Positions 7,522 to 14,785 of a stretch of 16,895 nt of DNA are shown piece after piece. The position numbers and the translations under genes are program-made. The DNA comes from Candidatus Oleincola secundus (GTDB taxonomy: Bacteria; Atribacterota; Phoenicimicrobiia; Phoenicimicrobiales; Stramentimicrobiaceae): positions 1-16,895 of the forward strand of contig JAGYLS010000036.1 of assembly GCA_018400815.1 (NCBI GenBank), given 5' to 3'. The stretch's first letter is position 1. Every line of letters starts with the position of its first letter. A model generated the notes under the pieces. The model had not been told where the DNA came from. It did no database searches and worked only from the letters and a program-made list of their open reading frames with translations.

Positions 7522-8790
7522 ATGATGGTAAAAAAGGGAAAAGCCCTTTTGGTGGGTGTTAATGTAAATAATGATACCAATTTCAATGAATCAATGGATG
7601 AGCTAAAAAATTTAGCAATTGCCTGTGATTTTGAAGTAATAGAGCAGGTAGTGCAGAATTTAAAGAATTTTAATAAAGTGTTCTGTGTTGGGCCTGGCAA
7701 AGTTGAGGAAATCAAATTATTGATAGAAGAAACAAATTGCGATGTAGTAATTTTTGATAATGAGCTTTCACCAACGCAGCTCAGGAATCTTGGCGGTATA
7801 CTGGAATCTGAAATAATGGATAGAACATCGCTTATCTTGGAAATATTTGCCAGGCGGGCAAAAACAAAAGAGGCAAAAATACAGGTCGAGCTTGCTCGTT
7901 TACAATATATGTTGCCGAGGCTTGTAGGCATAAAGGAGTCTCTTAGTCAACAGAGCGGAGGTGTTGGCATAACAACCAGGGGACCCGGAGAAAAGGCTTT
8001 AGAGCTTGATCGAAGAAAAATTGAAAAAAAGATATCAGCCTTGAATAAAGAGCTAGAAATGATCAGTAATGAGCGACAAACCCAACGTAAAAAGAGGCAA
8101 AAGGCCGAATTACCATCTGTTGCCTTAGTGGGTTATACTAATTCAGGAAAATCCACACTAATGAATGCCTTAATAGAACAACTTAACAAATCTGAAAACA
8201 AAAAAGTATTAGCGAAAAATGTTCTATTTGCATCATTAGATACCGCAGTGAGGAATATAAGCTTGTCTGATAACAGGAATTTTCTTCTGTTTGACACTGT
8301 TGGTTTTATCAGCAAATTACCTCATAATTTGGTTAAGGCATTTCGTTCAACACTTGAAGAGCTGAGTTCGGCAGATTTGTTATTACACGTGATAGATGCA
8401 TCAAGCCCTGCCTATGAGAGGCAAATAGAAGTTACGGAAAAAACTTTACAGCAGATAGGAGCTGAAGGTATTCCTACTATTTATGTATATAATAAATCGG
8501 ATCTAACTACACTAAAATTTCCTATAATCGGGCATGACAAAGTGTATATTTCTGCATTAAAAAGGGCTGGGTTGGATGAGCTGATAGAGCTTATTAATCA
8601 AAAAGTATTTAACCAATATATTAAATGTAAAATGTTTATTCCTTATGATAAAGGAAGTTTAATATCATATTTAAATGATAATGCATGTGTAAAATCAGTA
8701 AGTCATCAAAACGAGGGAACACTACTAACATTAGAATGCCGGAAAAGTGATTATAAGCGATATAAGCAATTTGCCTATAATGATGATTAA
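7522..8790 (+). CDS. hflX: Ribosome-associated GTPase HflX (HflXr/HflX2-like paralogue group)
   Basis: ELSPTQLRNL, DRT.LILEIFA.RA.T.EA..QVELA.LQY.LPRL, RGPGE..LE.DRR, G1 GYTNSGKST, G3 DTVGF, AFRSTLEE, G4 NKSD. Confidence 0.96.
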   Translation: MMVKKGKALLVGVNVNNDTNFNESMDELKNLAIACDFEVIEQVVQNLKNFNKVFCVGPGKVEEIKLLIEETNCDVVIFDNELSPTQLRNLGGILESEIMDRTSLILEIFARRAKTKEAKIQVELARLQYMLPRLVGIKESLSQQSGGVGITTRGPGEKALELDRRKIEKKISALNKELEMISNERQTQRKKRQKAELPSVALVGYTNSGKSTLMNALIEQLNKSENKKVLAKNVLFASLDTAVRNISLSDNRNFLLFDTVGFISKLPHNLVKAFRSTLEELSSADLLLHVIDASSPAYERQIEVTEKTLQQIGAEGIPTIYVYNKSDLTTLKFPIIGHDKVYISALKRAGLDELIELINQKVFNQYIKCKMFIPYDKGSLISYLNDNACVKSVSHQNEGTLLTLECRKSDYKRYKQFAYNDD

Positions 8791-8791
8791 A

Positions 8792-8806
8792 AAAAATATC
8801 ACTAGT
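8792..8806 (+). repeat. 15-bp direct repeat, copy 1 (AAAAATATCACTAGT)
   Basis: 14/15 identical to 9942-9956; lies immediately after the hflX stop. Confidence 0.45.
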
Positions 8807-8875
8807 TTAGAATTATTGTCAATAAATAAAGCCAAAAACAGAAAGGTATAATTGGCTAGTAGAAGGGAGGAAGGC

Positions 8876-9943
8876 ATGAATAAAATAAATTTATACTTTG
8901 CCTTGATTTTGATAATATACTTTTTGTTAATCTCTTTTACAAGCACTGCTGCTGAAATAAGAGGGCAGCTTGTTGCAGTTCAAATGAAGCTTGAAATAAA
9001 TGATTTTTATTCACAGGAAAACTTTGAAACAAAAATAAACAGCTTAATGAAGGAAGTGGCTAATGAGGCTAATCCTGAACTGCCTACCCTGGTTGTTTTC
9101 CCGGAAGATGTCGGCTTAATGCTAATCGCACAGGACAATCAAGAGACTCTTAACACTGTAGAGACTATTGAAGAAGCTATTAAAAAAATGACTATGAAAC
9201 ATTTTTTACCTCTTGTTTGGTATAGAGTTAGATACAATATATCATGGGTGCCTGCTTTGTATTATTATCGTAATAAGGTAATTGCAGAGACTTATTTTAA
9301 TACTTTCAGCAGTTTAGCAAGAAAACATCAGGTATATATAGTAGCAGGCTCCGTACCTTTGCCTCATTATAAAATTACTGACGGACAGGTCCTTTACCAG
9401 GAAGGAGCTACAGGTCCGCAAATTTATAATACTTCATATCTTTTTGATATAGATGGCAAGGTCATTGGTTATCAGGATAAGGTGCATCTATTGGAGTTAG
9501 AACAGGAAGAGGGATTACATCTAACCCCCGGTATTTTAGAGGATATTGAGGTATTTGACACAAATATAGGCAGGCTGGGTATAGCGGTGTGTCTGGACAG
9601 CTTTAAAGAAGACATAATAGATAGATTGAGAGAACAGAAAGCAGATATTCTTATACAACCCTCAGCCAATCCGCTTCTCTGGGAAAAATGGCAACAGGAA
9701 GAATGGCTGGAGAGCAGTTATAAATATACGCATAAATTGCAGTATTTTAAGTATGCAATAAATCCTATGATGAATGGAGATTTTTTTGATCTTAGTTTTT
9801 ATGGTCAATCAAGTATTATAAGTAAAGAAAAAAGCGGTTCTAAGAAAAACTTTAGTGACCTACCACCACAGGAAGGGTTTCTGTCAATTAGTGATTCTGC
9901 TGACAAGGAAGAAATATTGGTGGTGGAGATTGAATTGCCATAA
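8876..9943 (+). CDS. Carbon-nitrogen hydrolase (nitrilase superfamily) with N-terminal signal peptide or anchor; start is ATG 8876
   Basis: Catalytic triad contexts VVFPED (Glu), QDKVHL (Lys) and IAVCLDSF (Cys), plus IYNTSYLFD..G and ADILIQPSA. RBS GGAGG at 8866-8870. N-terminus MNK + hydrophobic stretch + TAA-E. Confidence 0.88.
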   Translation: MNKINLYFALILIIYFLLISFTSTAAEIRGQLVAVQMKLEINDFYSQENFETKINSLMKEVANEANPELPTLVVFPEDVGLMLIAQDNQETLNTVETIEEAIKKMTMKHFLPLVWYRVRYNISWVPALYYYRNKVIAETYFNTFSSLARKHQVYIVAGSVPLPHYKITDGQVLYQEGATGPQIYNTSYLFDIDGKVIGYQDKVHLLELEQEEGLHLTPGILEDIEVFDTNIGRLGIAVCLDSFKEDIIDRLREQKADILIQPSANPLLWEKWQQEEWLESSYKYTHKLQYFKYAINPMMNGDFFDLSFYGQSSIISKEKSGSKKNFSDLPPQEGFLSISDSADKEEILVVEIELP

Positions 9944-9956
9944 AAATACCACTAGT
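9942..9956 (+). repeat. 15-bp direct repeat, copy 2 (AAAAATACCACTAGT)
   Basis: 14/15 identical to 8792-8806; overlaps and follows the C-N hydrolase stop codon. Confidence 0.45.
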
Positions 9957-10024
9957 AATATCAAAATTAAAAAAAGTAGAGAAGAGGAACAAACAGTGAG
10001 AAGAATTTATGGAGTCGCAAAGTT

Positions 10025-11299
10025 ATGGAATTAACAATTAAAGGCATCAGTCATAATGGAGAGGGAGTTGCCAGAAATGCGGGCAAGGTAGTTTTTATAC
10101 CATTTGCTATTCCCGGAGAGCTCGTCAAGGCAGAAATTATTGAAGAAAAAAAGAAATATTCTCGAGGTATTATAAGAGAAATTGTAAAAAAATCTCCTCA
10201 TCGGGTAGAACCAGGATGCCCTTACTATTATAAGTGCGGAGGTTGTTCTTATCAACATATTACTTATGATGAGCAATTGGTTTTGAAGCAAAAAATTGTT
10301 AAAGAAACTATAAGTCGTATCGGGGGAATAGAAGCAAAGATTCTGGATACTATTGGGATGCAAGAACCCTGGGATTACAGAAACAAGGTTGTCTGGCATA
10401 TTAGTAATAGCCAGGATGGTAAAAGGATGGGCTTCTACCGTTATCAGAGTAAGAAATTAATTGAAATAGATAATTGTCCTTTACTTTTACCGAAGGTAAA
10501 CAAGATAAGCTTTTTAATAAAAGAAATACTCCCGGGAATACATTTGGAAGAAGATAGCTCAATTATGATACGTCAGTCAAATAATAGCAGAGAGACAATG
10601 ATTGAATTTATTAACTGTTTTGCAGGCCGGGAAGTAGTGAAAAGACTTTTCCGAAAGATAGATACCATATATGAGAAAAAAAATGGCAAAATAAGGCTGC
10701 TGGCAGGTCAGGAATTAATAAAAGAGAAAGCAGGCAAATCTTTATTTTTGTTAGGTCCTGATGATTTTTTTCAGGTGAACCCCGAACAGTCTGAATTCAT
10801 GATTAACACTGTTGCTGAATATTTAAATCTTTCAGGTCACAATAAAGTGCTTGATGCATATTGTGGTGCGGGAATGTTTGCTTTGAATATTGCAGATAAT
10901 GTGGTATCAGTAGTTGGAATAGATTCAAATGTTCGGGCAGTCAAAAATGCCAAAAAAAATGCAACATTAAATGATATAGAAAATTGTCAATTTATTTCCG
11001 GTCCATGTGAGGTAATTTTATCAAATTTACAGAATTCATTTGACCGGGTAATTGTCAATCCACCTCGAACAGGAGTTAAGCCGGAGGTTATAAATGCCAT
11101 AGTCAACATTTCCCCGGAGATAATAGTCTATGTATCCTGTAACCCGGCAACCTTAGCCAGAGATTTAAAACAATTCGTTAACAATAGTTATAAGGTAGCC
11201 AATATTCAACCCATTGATATGTTTCCACAGACCAGTCATATTGAAAGCATTGTTTTACTTCAAAAAATGAATTATTGCTCAGTTCCAGGTAATAAATAG
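10025..11299 (+). CDS. rlmD: 23S rRNA (uracil-C5)-methyltransferase, RlmD/RlmCD type
   Basis: N-terminal TRAM domain (GEGVAR..GKVVFIP.A.PGE), Fe-S motif CPYYYKCGGC plus a distal C, FFQVN, SAM motif DAYCGAG, NPPR.G, catalytic YVSCNPATLARD, and DMFPQTSHIE. Confidence 0.92.
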   Translation: MELTIKGISHNGEGVARNAGKVVFIPFAIPGELVKAEIIEEKKKYSRGIIREIVKKSPHRVEPGCPYYYKCGGCSYQHITYDEQLVLKQKIVKETISRIGGIEAKILDTIGMQEPWDYRNKVVWHISNSQDGKRMGFYRYQSKKLIEIDNCPLLLPKVNKISFLIKEILPGIHLEEDSSIMIRQSNNSRETMIEFINCFAGREVVKRLFRKIDTIYEKKNGKIRLLAGQELIKEKAGKSLFLLGPDDFFQVNPEQSEFMINTVAEYLNLSGHNKVLDAYCGAGMFALNIADNVVSVVGIDSNVRAVKNAKKNATLNDIENCQFISGPCEVILSNLQNSFDRVIVNPPRTGVKPEVINAIVNISPEIIVYVSCNPATLARDLKQFVNNSYKVANIQPIDMFPQTSHIESIVLLQKMNYCSVPGNK

Positions 11300-11326
11300 A
11301 ATCTTTTCCATATAGGAGGATTAGAA

Positions 11327-11911
11327 TTGTTAATTATATCAGATGAAATAAGAAATGTTTATCCGGAAGCATCTTTAGGTTTACTAGTAATCAACAATGT
11401 TTGCAATCCTGATCAACATGAAAAACTTCAGAGATGTAAAATAGAGCTTGAAAATAATTTGAGGGAAAAATATGCCAGCTTAGATAAATCCTATCCCACA
11501 GTTTCTTTATTGGTAGAGGCCATGTTTATGGCTGAAATGAAGAATTTGTTGCTGACAGCAGGACATGACTTAGACACCATCGATTTACCTATTAAGCTTG
11601 ATATTGCAAAAGGTGAGGGTGATGAAAAATTTACCCAGATAACTGGTCAGGAAAAAACATTAATCAAGAATGATATGTTTGTATCTGATTTGCAGGGGAT
11701 AACATCAAGTATTATATACGGACCGGATGAACGTACTCGGATAAAATCTGATACAAAAAATGTTTTATTTGTTGTATATGTTCCTCCGGGTATTGGAAAA
11801 GAAAGAGCATTGCAGCATCTTGATGATATCCAGAAATATGTGGAGCTTATATCACCAAAGGGGAAGGTTGAATTATTGAGAGTATATACAATTAAAGATA
11901 AATTAGTTTGA
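11327..11911 (+). CDS. Stand-alone B3/B4 (PheRS-beta editing-domain-like) protein, possibly internally deleted
   Basis: TTG start with RBS AGGAGG. Motifs LVEAMFMAE.KN.LLTAGHDLD, DM.VSD..GI.SSIIYGPD.RT.I and VLFVVY.PPG. Confidence 0.8.
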   Translation: MLIISDEIRNVYPEASLGLLVINNVCNPDQHEKLQRCKIELENNLREKYASLDKSYPTVSLLVEAMFMAEMKNLLLTAGHDLDTIDLPIKLDIAKGEGDEKFTQITGQEKTLIKNDMFVSDLQGITSSIIYGPDERTRIKSDTKNVLFVVYVPPGIGKERALQHLDDIQKYVELISPKGKVELLRVYTIKDKLV

Positions 11912-12030
11912 ATATTAGAGATTTTATTTGCCCTAAAAAAAGGATGATAAGATATACCAATTTATAAAATATTTATAAATTAAATATTAGGGAGGCTTAC
12001 AAAATAATGATTAAACAAGACACGTTATGA

Positions 12031-12723
12031 TCAGCTAGCTTTTTTAACTGCTGATTCAGCTAAAATTTTAGTAGAATCAACCAGTAGAACTGTGATATCT
12101 TCCTTTTTTAAAATTAGTGGAATTTCCGTACAACCGGCAATTATTGCCTCTACCCCTTTATCGATTAATCTTTCGGTAATTTTTAAAATATTTTCTTTGA
12201 TGTTTTTAGATATTTTGCCGGCCTTAACTGCATAGATTGCTTTCAAAACTTCATCTTTATCCTTATCATCAGGATAGATAGTTTCGATATTATATTTTTT
12301 AAATTGTTGATTATAAATCCCTGTTTTATAAGTCCCCATTGAAGCCAATAGACCAACTTTTTTTACATTAGTATTTTCATGTTTAACTTCTTTGGCAGTT
12401 TCTTCAATCATATTTATTATTGGTATTCGGACACTTTTTTCAATTGAGGGAAGAAAATAATGAGCAGTATTACAGGGTATAATAATGAAATCTGCACCGG
12501 CTTTTTCCAAATTTTTGGCAGTATTTTGTAATGCAGGAAGAGGATCTTCTCCTTTTCCCAGAATAGCAGCAGTTCGGTCTGGTATTTTGGGGTTATTATC
12601 AATAATTATTCTCAAATGTTCCTGGTCATTTCCAACAGAGGTAGCTTTGATTATTTTATGGAACAAATCGACAGTAGCCTCAGGGCCCATTCCACCTAAA
12701 ATTCCGATAATTTTTTCTGACAT
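12031..12723 (-). CDS. PLP-independent aspartate/glutamate racemase family protein (RacX/YgeA-like)
   Basis: IGILGGMGPEAT, IPDRT, and both catalytic cysteines intact (IPCNTAH, IAGCTEIPL). RBS AAAGGA upstream on the minus strand. Confidence 0.95.
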   Translation of the reverse strand: MSEKIIGILGGMGPEATVDLFHKIIKATSVGNDQEHLRIIIDNNPKIPDRTAAILGKGEDPLPALQNTAKNLEKAGADFIIIPCNTAHYFLPSIEKSVRIPIINMIEETAKEVKHENTNVKKVGLLASMGTYKTGIYNQQFKKYNIETIYPDDKDKDEVLKAIYAVKAGKISKNIKENILKITERLIDKGVEAIIAGCTEIPLILKKEDITVLLVDSTKILAESAVKKAS

Positions 12724-13169
12724 TTTAAATATTTATCCTTTCCCCTTTTATGAATTTTAGTTAATAAAATTTATTATGCTATTGTTAACTTAATATTACT
12801 ACAAAATTAGCAAAAAATCCTTTTTTTGTAAAAAGGTAAAAGTTTTTTTGAGAAATTAGATTAAATTAATAGGTTGGAAAGTAGTTTACTTATAGTTTAT
12901 AGTTATATTTTATCAGATAGTTAACAAGGTGACATTATCATGAAGTATTTAAGAGGATGGTTTTCCATCACCTATATTGTATCCGGACAAAGAATACCGA
13001 CAGGTAACAATATACCGCTTTTTTATTGACTGATTAAACCCTTTTTTCTTCAAAATAATCTTCAAAAAATATCAGTAAATATATTTGCCTAAGGATTTCC
13101 CTAATTATACAGATTAAATGTTAAAAAAAGATTGCCATTAGAGATTTAATTAATAAGGTAGTTTATATA

Positions 13170-13198
13170 TTGACATAGATTATTGCAAAAAGTATAAT
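13170..13198 (+). promoter_or_regulatory. Consensus sigma70/sigmaA promoter
   Basis: TTGACA (13170-13175), 17-nt spacer, TATAAT (13193-13198), 40 nt upstream of the regulator start. Confidence 0.9.
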
Positions 13199-13210
13199 AA
13201 TTGCAAAGTA

Positions 13211-13224
13211 TGAAATATATTTCA
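13211..13224. promoter_or_regulatory. Putative operator for the SorC/DeoR-family regulator
   Basis: Perfect 14-bp palindrome TGAAATATATTTCA between the -10 box and the RBS. The TGAA-N6-TTCA layout matches the B. subtilis DeoR operator core as recalled. Confidence 0.65.
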
Positions 13225-13238
13225 AAAAATAGGAGAAA

Positions 13239-14201
13239 TTGCATAAATTGAAAAATAATGAAGCATTAGTAGCTGAAATATGCAGAATGCATTATATAGA
13301 CAATTTTAGTCAAAATGAAATATCCTCTGATTTAAGAATATCAAAATCAACAGTTTCTCGTTTGTTAAAAGAAGGAAGAGAAAAAAAGATTGTTAGTTTT
13401 CATATCAAAAATTATGAAGATCGGATTGATTATCTTGAACATGAGTTAAAAAAATACTTCGATTTAAAAGAAGCGATTGTAGTTTCAGATGAAGCAATTT
13501 TGTCTGAGGAGTTTATCAAAAAAAAGGTGGCAAAAGCAGCTGCATTATCATTGGAACGTAGGATTCGAGATGGTGATATTATAGCTGCATCATGGGGAAC
13601 TACTTTGTTTGAAGTCGGGAAAGCATTGGATATTTCAGATGTCTTAAATAATACTGAAATTGTTCCTCTGTTGGGAGGAATTGGAATTACTGGCAGAGAT
13701 ATTTTCTCTAATGAAATAGCCAGGAGATTAAGTAAGGCCTTGGGTGGAAAATATTACCTGTTAAATGCTCCGGTATTTGTAAGCAATTTAAAGACAAAAG
13801 AGGCCTTTGAAAAAGAGGAAAGCATAAAAGTAGTTATCGAGAAGGCTAAATCAGCTTATATAGCAATTGTAGGGATAGGTACCCCTAAACAAAGTTCAAC
13901 GATGATAAAACGGGGATATTTCTCTGTTGAAGAATTTTCTAAATTATCTGACAAAGGGGTAGTTGGTGATATTTGTACTGACTTTTTTGATATTCATGGC
14001 AATATTCTGGAAACATCTCTCAAAGACAAAATGATAGGAATAGGGGTGAAAGAGCTAAGAAAGCATGTGCCTATAGTAATAGGTGTGGCATGTGGTGATG
14101 ACAAAAAAGAAGCCATCCTTGGAGCCTTGAGAGGGAAGCATATTAATGCGATCGTGACTAACAAAAAAGTAGCGGAATATGTAATTGAAAACACAAAATA
14201 A
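13239..14201 (+). CDS. SorC/DeoR-family sugar-binding transcriptional regulator
   Basis: N-terminal HTH (Y....SQ.EI...L.ISKSTVSRLL...RE..IV). Sugar-binding domain motifs SWGTTL, VPLLGG, L.AP, IAIVGIG, VGDI...FFD..G, GVA.G..K..AI.GALRG..IN.IVT. TTG start (alternative TTG at 13248). Confidence 0.95.
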   Translation: MHKLKNNEALVAEICRMHYIDNFSQNEISSDLRISKSTVSRLLKEGREKKIVSFHIKNYEDRIDYLEHELKKYFDLKEAIVVSDEAILSEEFIKKKVAKAAALSLERRIRDGDIIAASWGTTLFEVGKALDISDVLNNTEIVPLLGGIGITGRDIFSNEIARRLSKALGGKYYLLNAPVFVSNLKTKEAFEKEESIKVVIEKAKSAYIAIVGIGTPKQSSTMIKRGYFSVEEFSKLSDKGVVGDICTDFFDIHGNILETSLKDKMIGIGVKELRKHVPIVIGVACGDDKKEAILGALRGKHINAIVTNKKVAEYVIENTK

Positions 14202-14227
14202 TTAATATTTAAAAAAGAGAGTAAATA

Positions 14228-14785
14228 ATGAATCATAAAAATAATATGACTCAAGATGAAAGATTACTATCAGAAAAGCTCTATCAGTTAGCCTACCAAT
14301 ATGAACAGAAACACCATTACTGTTCACAATGTACTGTAGCTGCACTTCAGAAAGTTCTACAAATAACAAGTGAAAGCCTGTTCAAAGGGTCCTATATGTT
14401 TGCAGGAGGACTGGTAAATACCTGCCAGGGAACATGTGGTGCACTTGCAGGAGGAGCTATGATAATAAGCTATCTCTTTGGTCGAAATTCCAGGGAATTC
14501 TACGAAGACACTTCAAATAAGAAAGCAAATTATCTAACCAAAAAACTCTATGACAAATTTGTTAAAGAGTATGGAGGTTGTTTATGTAAAGATGTTCATA
14601 AAAAGATTTTTGGACGTTCCTTTGATTTTTGGGTGGAAGAGGATAAAAAGATATTTGAAAAATTGGGAGGACATGTAGATAAATGCCCTGATGTCGTTGG
14701 GAAAACTGCCCAGTGGGCTTTTGAAATTATCCAAGAAGAAATTAATAAAGACAAGGAGAAGGCGAATAAATATGACTATAAGTAA
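14228..14785 (+). CDS. C-GCAxxG-C-C family putative redox-active protein
   Basis: Diagnostic spaced cysteines: CSQC, GG...TC.GTCGALAGG, FVKEYGGCLC.D, DKC..VV. Confidence 0.88.
   Translation: MNHKNNMTQDERLLSEKLYQLAYQYEQKHHYCSQCTVAALQKVLQITSESLFKGSYMFAGGLVNTCQGTCGALAGGAMIISYLFGRNSREFYEDTSNKKANYLTKKLYDKFVKEYGGCLCKDVHKKIFGRSFDFWVEEDKKIFEKLGGHVDKCPDVVGKTAQWAFEIIQEEINKDKEKANKYDYK

Noticed and set aside
12926..12975. Minus-strand TAGGTGATGGA...ATAATGTCACCTT resembling a fluoride riboswitch
   Set aside because: The required P1 partner (TCRCC) right after the GATGG segment and the pseudoknot complementarity are absent.
14691..14771. Longer starts for E1 alpha (14691), E1 beta (15676) and the C-N hydrolase (8852) in the ORF track
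   Set aside because: Better RBS and family-typical N-termini occur at 14772, 15745 and 8876, and the two E1 extensions overlap upstream genes.
14228..14785. Selenocysteine recoding in the C-GCAxxG-C-C protein
   Set aside because: Some family members are selenoproteins, but all motif positions here are Cys codons and there is no in-frame TGA.
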